This document shows, piece by piece, positions 8,761 to 18,435 of a DNA stretch of 64,000 nucleotides. The notes beneath the pieces are model-generated. The model was not told the DNA's origin and did no database searches. It saw only the letters and a list, made by a program, of their open reading frames with translations. A program made the position numbers and the translations under genes. Each line of letters begins with the position of its first letter. Position 1 is the stretch's first letter. Source of the DNA: a bacterium (GTDB taxonomy: Bacteria; UBA8248); assembly GCA_965221165.1 (NCBI GenBank), contig CBDCRP010000002.1:864001-928000 (forward strand). Reading direction: 5' to 3'.

Positions 8761-9765
8761 GTGAAACACGGAATCGCCATGCTGCCTCCTGCGCCGGAGA
8801 CCTACGCGCACTGGTGCCGACTCTCAGAAGAAGCGGGCTTCGACGTCATCTGGGTGCCGGATTCACAATCCCTCTACAGGGAGCTTTATGTTTCGTGCGC
8901 CATCTGCGCGGCGAACACCTCGCGCGTCCTGCTGGGACCAAACGTCACCAACCCGCTTACGCGGCATCCTGCAACGGCGGCGAGCGCCATCGCCACGGTG
9001 GATGAGTTCTCGGGCGGGCGCGCGCTGTTCGGGATCGCAACGGGCGACAGCGCCGTCCTGAATCTGGGCCTGCGCCCCGGACGCGTGGACGACATGCGCG
9101 ATTACGTGCTCGCCATGCGCGGAATGCTCGAAGAGGGCGCGGTGCACTACCGGGGAAAACCCTGCACGCTTAAATGGCGCAAAAAGCGCATCCCGCTCTA
9201 CGTCGCCGCCGAGGGGCCGCGCACCATCCGCCTTGCGGGCGAGATTGCCGACGGCGTCACCATCGGCACAGGTCTCACGCCGGAAGTGGTGGCGGATTCC
9301 CTCACCTGGCTCGAGGAGGGCGCGAGAAAATCGGGCCGCAAGGTGAACGATCTGGACGTCTGGTGGCTGGCGAAGGTGAACGTACGCGAAGACGGCGAGA
9401 CCGCGCGTGAGGAGATTCGCATGGCCCTTGCAGCGAGCGCGCACCATGCTTTTCGCTTCACGCTCGAGGGCAAACGAATCCCCAAGGAACTGCTTTCCGC
9501 CGTCGAAACCCTGAAAAAAGAATACGCATTCCACGAACACGAGATGGTGGACAAGCAGACGAACGCCGAACTCGTGGACAGGCTCGACCTTCGCGAGTAT
9601 CTACTCGATCGCTTCGCCATCGCGGGCTCGCCCGCCGAATGCAGGCAGAAGATCGAGGACATGAAAGCGACTGGTGTCGAGAACTTGAGAATCGCCGCCC
9701 ACGTGCACGACAAACCCGCCTTCATCCGGGCGTGGGGCCGTGAGATTATCAGCCAAATCAAGTAA
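8761..9765 (+). CDS. LLM-class flavin-dependent oxidoreductase (Mer-like)
   Basis: WVPDSQ, VTNPLTRHP, GIATGDS, AGEIADG motifs. Confidence 0.9.
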   Translation: MKHGIAMLPPAPETYAHWCRLSEEAGFDVIWVPDSQSLYRELYVSCAICAANTSRVLLGPNVTNPLTRHPATAASAIATVDEFSGGRALFGIATGDSAVLNLGLRPGRVDDMRDYVLAMRGMLEEGAVHYRGKPCTLKWRKKRIPLYVAAEGPRTIRLAGEIADGVTIGTGLTPEVVADSLTWLEEGARKSGRKVNDLDVWWLAKVNVREDGETAREEIRMALAASAHHAFRFTLEGKRIPKELLSAVETLKKEYAFHEHEMVDKQTNAELVDRLDLREYLLDRFAIAGSPAECRQKIEDMKATGVENLRIAAHVHDKPAFIRAWGREIISQIK

Positions 9766-9782
9766 CGAAAGAGGACATCTTC

Positions 9783-10784
9783 ATGAGACACGGCATTTCA
9801 TTCAGACCGCCCGACACGGATTCATTCGCCCATTGGTGTAAGTGCGCGGAAGAACTCGGCTTCGATGCGGTATTCATCCCCGATACCCAGTCCCTTTACC
9901 GGGAGGTCTACGTCTCGAGCGCGATATGCGCGATGGAGACGAGCGAGATCATCTTCGGCCCTTGCGTCACGAACCCCGTCACGAGGCACCCGGCGGTTGC
10001 CGCGAGCGCCATCGGCACCATCAGCGAGCTATCCGGCGGGCGCGCCTTCTGGGGTATCGCCACGGGCGACAGCGCGGTTTTGAACTTGGGTCTCAGGCCC
10101 GCGAAGCTCGCCGAGATGCGCGAATACATCCTCGCCGTGCGGGGCATGCTCGAAGAAGGAAGCGCCCGGTTCAAGGGTAAGAACACCCGGCTGAGCTGGC
10201 ACAAATCCCACGTGCCCATCCACATCGCCGCCGAAGGCCCCAAAACCTTAAGCCTGGCGGGCGAGGTGGCCGACGGCGTCATCATCGGAACCGGCCTCAT
10301 CCCCGAGGTCATCGCGGATACGCTCGGGTTCATCGACGAGGGCGCCAAGAAATCAGGCAAAAGGGTGGAAGATCTGGATCTCTGGTGGCTGGTGGACGCC
10401 CACGTGGACGCAGACGGCGAGCGCGCCCGCGAGGACATCCGCACCGCTCTCGCCGCGAGCGCGCATCACTCCTTCGCCTTCACGATGGAGAACAAGCGAA
10501 TCCCCAAGGAACTCGAATCCGCCATCCGCGCGCTGAGAGACGGCTACCAGACTTCGGAGCACGGCTTCATGGACAAGTCGAACAATGCAGGCCTAGTCGA
10601 TGAGTTCGGGCTGAGAGATTACCTCGCCGAGCGTTTCGCCATCGTCGGCACGCCTGAAGAATGCCAGAAGAGACTCCAGGACCTCGAAAACCTGGGCGTC
10701 AAGGGGCTTCGCATCAACAACAACCTGCCCGACAGAACCGTCTTCATGAACGCCTGGGCCAAGGAGGTGCGGGGGAGAGTTTGA
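9783..10784 (+). CDS. LLM-class flavin-dependent oxidoreductase (tandem paralog)
   Basis: Same motifs as the upstream gene; clearly paralogous. Confidence 0.9.
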   Translation: MRHGISFRPPDTDSFAHWCKCAEELGFDAVFIPDTQSLYREVYVSSAICAMETSEIIFGPCVTNPVTRHPAVAASAIGTISELSGGRAFWGIATGDSAVLNLGLRPAKLAEMREYILAVRGMLEEGSARFKGKNTRLSWHKSHVPIHIAAEGPKTLSLAGEVADGVIIGTGLIPEVIADTLGFIDEGAKKSGKRVEDLDLWWLVDAHVDADGERAREDIRTALAASAHHSFAFTMENKRIPKELESAIRALRDGYQTSEHGFMDKSNNAGLVDEFGLRDYLAERFAIVGTPEECQKRLQDLENLGVKGLRINNNLPDRTVFMNAWAKEVRGRV

Positions 10785-10937
10785 GGAACCAAAATTCCAG
10801 GTGATCGAAGCGCCAAAGTCCTACTGGATGGATATTAACGGGAGATTTCCCTAAGGCCTTGCCTTCGGTTAGAATGGGGCAAATTCTAAAGACGGGTGAA
10901 TTCGACCTCCCCGTACAATCTCTTACTGGAGGATGAC

Positions 10938-11492
10938 ATGAACGAAATGACGAAGGAAAAGGAGAAAATTCTCGTCTACGAACCCGTGGCGGAGGCTCCG
11001 GGCGCGAGCGCCGTCATGGCCGAGCGGCCCGAGAGCTTAAACGGCAAGAGCGTCGGTCTCATCAACAACACCAAGGATTTCACCGATGAGATTTTCGATG
11101 TGATGGGCGCCGCGCTTGAAAAACAGTTCCCCGGCGTGCGCGTCGTGCGCTACCGGAAAGAATCCGTGAGCGGCGCATCGCCCGCCCTCATGGAGCAGGT
11201 GGAAGGAGAGTGCGACGCCGTCGTATCCGCACTCGGCGACTGAGGCTCGTGCACGTCGTGGAGTATCCACGACAGCGTTGCTCTCGAGAAAAGAGGGCTG
11301 GCCACGGTCACCATCGTCACCGACGCATTCGAGAATTACGCGAAGCAGCTCACCAAGCTGCACAAGATGAACGAGCTTCCCCTCGTCGCACTTCCCCATC
11401 CCATTGCGGGCAGAAAGCGCGAGGAGGTGGATGAGATGTCGGCGAGAGCGAGCGAATTTCTGGCGCACGCCCTCACACAGGCGAGCGGCTGA
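10938..11492 (+). CDS. UGSC-family selenoprotein (UGA = Sec at 11241-11243)
   Basis: ...VVSALGD-U-GSCTSWSIHDSVALEKRG... continues in frame for 83 codons; SECIS-like hairpin at 11255-11273. Confidence 0.9.
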
Positions 11493-11499
11493 TATCGGC

Positions 11500-12600
11500 A
11501 TGAGTTCGCCACAGCCTGCCCGCCAGATAGCGCTCGATGAAGACCCAGGCGCGATATTCGAGCACTTCTACGAAGAAGGCTGGACGGACGGGCTGCCCAT
11601 CATCCCACCGACGGAAGAGCGCGTCGCTGAGACCTTACGCTTCACGGACTATGCGCCGCATGACGTCATCGCCAACGTTCCGCCGAGAAACGCGCCCGCC
11701 ACGTTGGAGAACATCGCCATAAACGCCGTGATGGCGGGCTGCAGACCGGAGTATCTGCCCGTGCTCATCGCCGCAGTAGGGGCCATGACGGAACCCGCCT
11801 ACAACCTCTACGGCCGCCAGACGACCACCCACCCCGGCGCGCACCTGATGATAGTCCACGGGCCGGTACGAAACGAACTGGAAGTCAACTGCCGCCAGAA
11901 CGCCTTCGGCCAGGGCCGACGCGCGAACGCGACGCTCGGGCGCGCGGTGAGGCTCCTGATGATGAACGCCGGCGGCGGCATCCCCGGCGTGACGGACATG
12001 GCCACCCACGGGCATCCGGGAAAATACTCCTACACCATCGGTGAGGACGAGGAGGGAAGCCCCTGGCAGCCATTTCATGTCGACAGGGGTTTCTCGCCCG
12101 ATACTTCCGCCGTCACCATGCTCTGCGCCGAGTCGCCCCACAACGTGAACGATCTGGTGAGCAAGACGACCCATAAGTATCTCGGCACCGCGGCTTCGGC
12201 CATGAGTCACTTAGGCGCCAACGGCGTCTACCGGAGCGGGCTGCCGAGCGAGCAGATGCTGGTGCTGACCGCCGAGGCGGCGACGTGGCTGTCGGATCAG
12301 GGGTGGACGAAGGCCGACGTATCCCAGTTCATCTACGAAACGGCGCGCCAGCCGATTCGCCTCATGCGCGACCGCGGCGGCTTCGACATGACGCCGCTCG
12401 CTCCTTTCGTGAACCTCGATGAGGATGAGGACATGGCCCCCATCGTCCCGAGACCCGAAGACATCCTCATCGTGGTCGCAGGCGGCCACGGCCGCCACAT
12501 GCAGGCCGTCCTCACGGCGAGCTACAACCTGAGCGTCACCAAGCCCATCACCAGAAAAGACGGAACGCCGGTTGGGTCGGTAAGGGAGTTTGTGGAGTAG
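11500..12600 (+). CDS. Conserved UGSC-associated protein (GWTDGLPIIPPT family)
   Basis: GWTDGLPIIPPT, AVMAGCRPEY and RANATLGRA motifs; usual partner of UGSC genes. Confidence 0.8.
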   Translation: MSSPQPARQIALDEDPGAIFEHFYEEGWTDGLPIIPPTEERVAETLRFTDYAPHDVIANVPPRNAPATLENIAINAVMAGCRPEYLPVLIAAVGAMTEPAYNLYGRQTTTHPGAHLMIVHGPVRNELEVNCRQNAFGQGRRANATLGRAVRLLMMNAGGGIPGVTDMATHGHPGKYSYTIGEDEEGSPWQPFHVDRGFSPDTSAVTMLCAESPHNVNDLVSKTTHKYLGTAASAMSHLGANGVYRSGLPSEQMLVLTAEAATWLSDQGWTKADVSQFIYETARQPIRLMRDRGGFDMTPLAPFVNLDEDEDMAPIVPRPEDILIVVAGGHGRHMQAVLTASYNLSVTKPITRKDGTPVGSVREFVE

Positions 12601-12611
12601 AGCGCACCCCC

Positions 12612-13988
12612 CTACCTCTCGAGGTTCATGCCGAACTGGCCCGCGATGTGGGTGATGAGCTTGCCTGCGGCATCGTCGCTCATCCAGCCGCGCGTGGTGG
12701 CCGTCTCAAGCGCCGTGCTCACGCGCAAAAGGGCCTGGGATATCTTCTCGGTATCGCGCACGGATATCTCCGGCAGAACGGGCGAGACGCCCGAGCGCAG
12801 CGCCTCTTCAGACAATGCGCCCGCACGGTGGGCTTCTTCGAGTTGTTTGTCGGCTATGGCTTGCAGAATGTGGCGCACGGTGCGCTGGCACCGCGTCATC
12901 TTCTTGAGCGTGGGCTGATCCATCGACTCGGCCGAGGCGCGGTTCACGTCCTCCCCCTGGGCGAACCAGTGGGAAGGGATGCCCACGCCGCCCAGGAGAA
13001 GCCCCCGCATCATCTTGGCGATTCCCTGAGCGCCGGTTTCTCCGCCTTTCAAGTCGGGCGAGACGGCCTGCCACTCCTCCTTCTCGTTATGCACGCGCAC
13101 GCTCGAGGGCTTGGGCGCGACGCCGTTCTCAGACAGCCACTCGGCTATCTTCTCGGGGCCTGCGCCCTTTAAGGTGACGTCGTAGATGAAGCTGTTCTGC
13201 AGACGCGCGCGCTCCACGGCGTCGAAGATGAAGCGCTCATAGGTGTCTATCCAGTCGATGGCGGCGAGCAAATCAGAAGCCCCCCGCGCCGCGTCACTCG
13301 CCTTGTTGATCTGGAACAAGAACGCCTCCCCGTCCGTGAAGCGCGCGCGCTCCTTCTGGGCGGATGCGCTCAGATAACCGCGCGGGTCGCCCCCCAGAAC
13401 CGTTTTGATTCTCTTGCCCTTGCGCGCCGCTCCGCTTGGGCCTTGGGCGCGCAGGACGACCCCGATGGGCAGGGCGCAGTTGTCCGGGTCCATCACCACC
13501 TCTTCTATCAGGCGGGGGCTGACGTAGCCCAGGCGAACACGCCCCTCGAAGCGCGAGACGGCGACCGGCAGAATGAGTTCCCCGAAAATGCCGAGTTCCG
13601 AGACCAGCCGCTCGAAGCGGATGTCCATCTGGTTCACGGGGTCGCTCCAGAACGCCTCTACCGCGCGCAGGGCGCGCTCGTCCTCCGCATACCAGCTCAC
13701 CCCCTCGCCCACGACGTGATCCGTCACGATTTCGATCAGGCGCTGGCCCATGAGGTTCGTGAGCCACAACTCGTGCGCCAAGGCCTGCATGCGCGCGTGG
13801 GTGTGGGGAGCGACCCCGCTCCGCCCCTCGCCCAGGGGCCGCCAGATTCTCTCATCCGGGTCAATCTCCGCGCTCATTCGCCCGGAACGCTGCGCGGCCG
13901 CTTTTACTCGCGCCGCAACGTCCCCTTTTCTCTTGAGTCCCGTCCTCCGACCGGGAGCCTTCACGCTCTTTGCTTTCTCCATTCTCAT
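12612..13988 (-). CDS. Phage portal protein
   Basis: 458 aa, ATGA-coupled downstream of the terminase; motifs ARGASDL, GVGIPSHWF, DVNRASAESM. Confidence 0.8.
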   Translation of the reverse strand: MRMEKAKSVKAPGRRTGLKRKGDVAARVKAAAQRSGRMSAEIDPDERIWRPLGEGRSGVAPHTHARMQALAHELWLTNLMGQRLIEIVTDHVVGEGVSWYAEDERALRAVEAFWSDPVNQMDIRFERLVSELGIFGELILPVAVSRFEGRVRLGYVSPRLIEEVVMDPDNCALPIGVVLRAQGPSGAARKGKRIKTVLGGDPRGYLSASAQKERARFTDGEAFLFQINKASDAARGASDLLAAIDWIDTYERFIFDAVERARLQNSFIYDVTLKGAGPEKIAEWLSENGVAPKPSSVRVHNEKEEWQAVSPDLKGGETGAQGIAKMMRGLLLGGVGIPSHWFAQGEDVNRASAESMDQPTLKKMTRCQRTVRHILQAIADKQLEEAHRAGALSEEALRSGVSPVLPEISVRDTEKISQALLRVSTALETATTRGWMSDDAAGKLITHIAGQFGMNLER

Positions 13989-14632
13989 CTCCTCCTGAGC
14001 ATCCGCTGATCCAAAGTCTGCGGAACCACCGTTCCCCCGGCGAGGGGGGCCAGCATTCCCTCGCTCTGCGCCAGGGATTCGGCCAGCCGCGCATAGGCGC
14101 AGGCGAACCCGAAGTGGTTCTCGTTTCGCTCATACGCCAGCACCGTCTCCCCGGAGGAGCGGATGCGCGGCTTTTTCCTCAAATTCATCAGATGACGCTC
14201 CACCTCGCTCAAAAGCGCCTCCTCCCCGGTATCCTTAGGACCCGGCAGCAAGACCCGCCCGGCTCCCTCGTGAAACTCCTCCACCAGGTGATCGAGAAGG
14301 TCCTCGCGGTTCATCCGCACGTGGCGGCGCTCCACCCCCAGGAACGAGACCCCCTTGGTCTGCATCTCCCCTTCGGTATGCCGCCAGATGAAGCCGCCAT
14401 CGGGATTCAGGTCGTACACCGCGCGCGCGGCCTGGGTGTGGGGTCCGCCGTCGACCACGAACGCCTCGACGCCCAGACTCGAGAATATCACGCAGCACCG
14501 CTCGCTGAGCCGCTCGACCGGCGGGGCTTCAAAATAAATCCACCGGACGGGCCGGCCTCCCTCGCCCTCGCGCACCGCAACCGCGCAAACATCGCCCGTG
14601 TCGATTCCGCAGAAGCGATGGGGCGCGCTCAT
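13985..14632 (-). CDS. Terminase large subunit, stand-alone nuclease (RNase H-like) part
   Basis: Starts MSAPHRFCGIDTGD with own GGAGG RBS and an ATGA overlap with the ATPase gene; acidic motifs GIDTG and VVDGGP; C-terminal ENHFGFA. Confidence 0.75.
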   Translation of the reverse strand: MSAPHRFCGIDTGDVCAVAVREGEGGRPVRWIYFEAPPVERLSERCCVIFSSLGVEAFVVDGGPHTQAARAVYDLNPDGGFIWRHTEGEMQTKGVSFLGVERRHVRMNREDLLDHLVEEFHEGAGRVLLPGPKDTGEEALLSEVERHLMNLRKKPRIRSSGETVLAYERNENHFGFACAYARLAESLAQSEGMLAPLAGGTVVPQTLDQRMLRRR

Positions 14633-15687
14633 GCGGGCGCCTCCACCAAACGATAGGGTGCGGCATCGCGCAGAATTCTGAGCAGTTCCCTGGAAATCGG
14701 CTGGACGTCCCCCGCATCCGGGGTGGCGAGCGTCGAGCAGCGAAACCGCGCCTTCTCGCTCGGAAGCGTGGCGGCGGCCCATTTCGCCGCGATGCGATCG
14801 AGACGCACCGCGCCGATTGCGAGCTGGGAGAGGCGGTAGCTCCTGTTCCGCCGACCCGCCCGCGCGGCCTCCCACCGTCCGGCTCCCCGGTCGAGCGCGC
14901 CGCCGCAGGCCGGACACGCGAGGCCGCCTGCACACAGGATTCGCGGCCAGTTCTCCTCTAATACGCTCTCCGCACGACACTTTGGACAAGTCACATGCCA
15001 GCGCCTCTGGTCGCCCGCCTCGTACATGGCGTGAATGCCCGCGCCCGGGCTTCGTCCCACGGCGAGGTTCAGCGTCAGGGCGAGCGGTGAGGCGTCGATG
15101 CGGTCGTTCGACCATTTGAGATTATCCGGCGGGAGGTCGTCCACCTCGTCGCGGACAAGGACGTCGAGCGGGATAGATATGGCGTTGCCCACGTCTCTAA
15201 GGCCCAGTATGTACAAAAAACGCGAACCCCCGGAGCAGGGGAACTCCTTGAGTCCCTTGGGCGATGCGCCCTTGTATTTCCCGTCGCGCATGATCGAAGC
15301 GATTTTTTCGTTCCGAAGCGCCGGGCGCACCCGCGTCTGATCGAAGCGGTCGGCGAAATCCTGATCGGGCAAAAAATAGCCCACGTTCAGGCGGTGGACG
15401 ATGACGCCGTACAGCGCGAGGCCAATCGCGAGGGTGGTCATGCCCACCTGCGCGCCCTTCAAGACGCTGATGGTCTGATCGGGCGTGCGTTTTTCGAGAA
15501 TATCGTCGAGCGCGGCGGTGGGCTCCAGGAGCGCTTCACGGCCCTTAAACGCGAACGAGCCGGTATCGGTCCTTATCTCGCTCGTCAGAAACCGAGCCAG
15601 CCCGCGCGCCTCGCCCGAGAAGCGGGACGCCCCGCCGGCAACCAAAGTGATGCCGGGCGTTCGGATGATTTTTCGGGAACTGCGCAA
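14629..15687 (-). CDS. Terminase large subunit, ATPase part (lambda GpA-like)
   Basis: Walker A-like VLKGAQVGMT, Walker B RDEVD, GDQRRWHVTCPKC...CPACG zinc ribbon; TTG start with GGAGG RBS. Confidence 0.85.
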   Translation of the reverse strand: MRSSRKIIRTPGITLVAGGASRFSGEARGLARFLTSEIRTDTGSFAFKGREALLEPTAALDDILEKRTPDQTISVLKGAQVGMTTLAIGLALYGVIVHRLNVGYFLPDQDFADRFDQTRVRPALRNEKIASIMRDGKYKGASPKGLKEFPCSGGSRFLYILGLRDVGNAISIPLDVLVRDEVDDLPPDNLKWSNDRIDASPLALTLNLAVGRSPGAGIHAMYEAGDQRRWHVTCPKCRAESVLEENWPRILCAGGLACPACGGALDRGAGRWEAARAGRRNRSYRLSQLAIGAVRLDRIAAKWAAATLPSEKARFRCSTLATPDAGDVQPISRELLRILRDAAPYRLVEAPA

Positions 15688-15738
15688 AGCCTGTATTCCT
15701 CCATACCGAGGATGCCGCGCGCATCCTCACGGGGGAGG

Positions 15739-15790
15739 AATATAGGGGAGCAAAGCGGGGAACCATGACACGCAAATGCGGGGAAATGCG
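15739..15790 (-). promoter_or_regulatory. Module promoter 2 (terminase-portal): direct-repeat box plus -10 TATATT
   Basis: CGCAAATGCGGGGAAATGCG at 15771-15790 (20/20 identical to 4240-4259); AATATA at 15739-15744; 26-bp gap. Confidence 0.8.
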
Positions 15791-15818
15791 CGCTCGGACG
15801 CGCCGGGGGCGCGCGCCT

Positions 15819-16057
15819 CTAATCACGCATGTTCTCGAACTGGAGCGCGAGCCTTAAGTTCAGCCCCCGGCAGAGGGACATCACCTGCTGTAAGTCGTCT
15901 CGCTTCTTGCCGCTCACTCTCAGCTGATCCCCTTGAACCGCGACCTGAACCTTCATTTTCGCCGCCTTCACCTTCTTGACGATCTCGCGCGCCGAATCCT
16001 GATCCACCCCTTGTTTCACGAGGAGGGTTTGTCTGAGCGCGCCGCCCGAGGCGTATT
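15819..16057 (-). pseudogene. yajQ: YajQ (nucleotide-binding protein), C-terminal half only
   Basis: ASGGALRQ...KMKVQVAVQGDQLRVSGKKRDDLQ...LQFENMRD is the YajQ C-terminus; the N-terminal half is absent. Confidence 0.8.
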
Positions 16058-16283
16058 CGTCGCCAAGGGATTCGGCGGCGTTGGCTTTGCCGAGGGCGTC
16101 GGCATGGGCGGACAGGTCTGGATCCAGACCGTGAGCGTCGTCGCCACGCTCGTCTATTCGGGCGTCGTCTCCTTCCTCATCCTGAAAATAGTGGACGCCA
16201 TGGTGGGCTTGAGAGCCGACGCCAACGAGGAATCGGGCGGTCTCGACCTCATGATGCACAACGAATCGGCCTACGAACGCTAG
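16050..16283 (+). pseudogene. amtB: Ammonium transporter AmtB, C-terminal fragment
   Basis: GVF...QVWIQ...LILKIVDAMVGLRADANEESGGLDLMMHNESAY matches the Amt C-terminal motif; the rest of the gene is missing. Confidence 0.8.
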
Positions 16284-16290
16284 GCCGTAC

Positions 16291-16322
16291 AGAAAAAGAC
16301 CCCGGGGCGCGTCCCCGGGGTT
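16291..16322. terminator. Intrinsic terminator-like hairpin between convergent genes
   Basis: ACCCCGGGG-CGCGT-CCCCGGGGT preceded by an A-run. Confidence 0.6.
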
Positions 16323-16441
16323 GCACGTTCCCGTGAACGTGCAACTTCCCCGAGAAGGGGAGGCGCGAAAAACCCTCTACGGAATTCCGATTGAAAAGAT
16401 GATTCCCGGCGGCGGCCAGAAGCCGCAACGGACGCCTCGGT

Positions 16442-18289
16442 TTACGCCGAGGCGGCGGATTCCCTGATTCGCTCGAAATACGCCTTGGCGTCATCGGGCA
16501 AAGAAGTGAAGCGAAGCATCAATCTGTTGCCGTCCGATTCCACGACTTTCGCGTAGATATCGGAAAGGTCCGCTACTTCCGCCACGCGAAGCATGAGGTT
16601 CGCGTTCCTCTCGAAGGGGGATTCCGCTTCCACGTCCATGCAATTCTCCGAGGCGCGCTTGATTTCCGCGCCCACCGCTTCGTCCGACACCGTCTTGCCC
16701 TCGACCGCGAACATCCGCACTTCGACCGGCGAAGAGAGGTCCACAAACACCTCGGGCGCGGCTTCGGGCATCTCGCACGCATAAGGCCCCGACATCCCCC
16801 GCACCTCATAGACGCGGACAGGCTCCTCCAGCCCCTTGAAGCGCAGGTTCTGGGTTTCGCCTACCTGAACGACTTCCGCCATCTTCTGATAAGTATCGAC
16901 GCTGATGAGCACCTGCCCGCTCACGGTGTAGGACTCGATGCGGTAGGCCATGTTGATGGCCGTGCCCATCGCCCCGTATTTCGTGCGCTTCTCCGAACCG
17001 ATGTTGCCGACGATCACCTCGCCCGTGTTGATGGCGATCCCCATGTGAAGATCGGGCATGCCGCGCGCGCGCTGCTCTTGGTTGATCTCGACGAGCGCGC
17101 GCTGCATCTCCACGGCGCAGGCCACCGCCCGGGCCGAGTCGTCGGGGGCGGCGAGCGGCGCTCCGAAGAACGCGAGAATCCCGTCTCCCTGGAACTCGTC
17201 CACCGTGCCCCTGTACTTGGTGATGATCTCCACCATCGGCTCGAGAAAACGGTTCACGACATCGATGACCTCCGCAGGCTCAAGGCGTGAGGAAAGCGCG
17301 GTGAACCCCCGCAAGTCAGAGACCAGAAACGTCACCTCGCGCACCTCGCCGCCGAGCTTCAGCCCGTCGGGCGAGTTCAAGAGCTCATCCACGATCTCCT
17401 TGCTGATGTAGCGCCCGAAGGTGTCGCGGATGAAATCGCGCTGCTTCAAGCCCTCGATCATGCCCTCGAACGAGGTGGCCAAGCGGCCCACCTCGTCGTG
17501 GCTCCTCTTCGCGGGAACCGTGACGTCGAGGTTGCCCTGGCTCACTTCTTCCGCCGCGGACGTCAAGTTTCTGAGCAGGCGCAGCATTCTCGTTGAAGCC
17601 ACCCAGAAGAGGATGAGGCCCAGGGCGATCAGGATGACCGTGAAGCGGAGCAGTTTGAAGGTGTTCGTCCTCACCTGTTCGGCCACGGGGTTCGCAAGCT
17701 TGTTGAGCGTCAGGATGGCCACCACTTTGCCGTTCAACTTGAGCGGCGCGTTGAGCTGCAGGAACTTGTCGAACTCCCGGTCCCCCACCTTTCCGCCGAA
17801 AAGTCGGGAGCGCATCATCTCGCCGCGATTCCAGGTGTCGTTCGTGGCCTTGTAGGTGGCCGGAAAGAGCCGGTGAATGTGGGCGTCCTGGCCGATGCGG
17901 AATCCGTCGTGCGCGGCGGCGACGTATTCGTAGCTGCCGCCCGGCCGCCTGCGCAAGATGATGGCGTTGTCCACGCCCGAGATTTTCTTGATGCGCCGAA
18001 GCGCGGCGAGCACTTCCCGGTAGGCGTCGGTTCTCTTGTCCCCGGGCTGTCTTAAGCTGTGGACGGCTTCTGCGTCTATCGAAGAGGAACCGCGCTCGGC
18101 GATGAACTCGAGCTTGGCCGCCAGCACGTTGAGCTCGTAATTGTAACTCGATTGAAAATAGCGGAACGACATCGGAACGATGGCGACGATGAGAATAATC
18201 AGAACAAGGATAAGGCTCTTGAAGACGATGGAACAGTAAAACCCCTGCTTACCTCGGGTGCTTGACTCCGGACTGCTCGGTTGGGACAT
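16442..18289 (-). CDS. Membrane class III adenylate/guanylate cyclase with HAMP domain
   Basis: Two TM segments, HAMP (DEVGRLA), SDLRGFT, FQGDGI, GNIGSEKR, INMAYRIE. Confidence 0.9.
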   Translation of the reverse strand: MSQPSSPESSTRGKQGFYCSIVFKSLILVLIILIVAIVPMSFRYFQSSYNYELNVLAAKLEFIAERGSSSIDAEAVHSLRQPGDKRTDAYREVLAALRRIKKISGVDNAIILRRRPGGSYEYVAAAHDGFRIGQDAHIHRLFPATYKATNDTWNRGEMMRSRLFGGKVGDREFDKFLQLNAPLKLNGKVVAILTLNKLANPVAEQVRTNTFKLLRFTVILIALGLILFWVASTRMLRLLRNLTSAAEEVSQGNLDVTVPAKRSHDEVGRLATSFEGMIEGLKQRDFIRDTFGRYISKEIVDELLNSPDGLKLGGEVREVTFLVSDLRGFTALSSRLEPAEVIDVVNRFLEPMVEIITKYRGTVDEFQGDGILAFFGAPLAAPDDSARAVACAVEMQRALVEINQEQRARGMPDLHMGIAINTGEVIVGNIGSEKRTKYGAMGTAINMAYRIESYTVSGQVLISVDTYQKMAEVVQVGETQNLRFKGLEEPVRVYEVRGMSGPYACEMPEAAPEVFVDLSSPVEVRMFAVEGKTVSDEAVGAEIKRASENCMDVEAESPFERNANLMLRVAEVADLSDIYAKVVESDGNRLMLRFTSLPDDAKAYFERIRESAASA

Positions 18290-18435
18290 CCTTACGCCTC
18301 CGGGGCGGCTCCAGAGGCCAGTATACACCACCGGAACGGTAGGAAAAGCCGAAAGCGAGGAGGATAGCCACCCCTTGAAACGGGCGGCGGGGCGGGCACT
18401 TCTCTACACACAAGAACGCCGCAGGGAGGCCCGTC

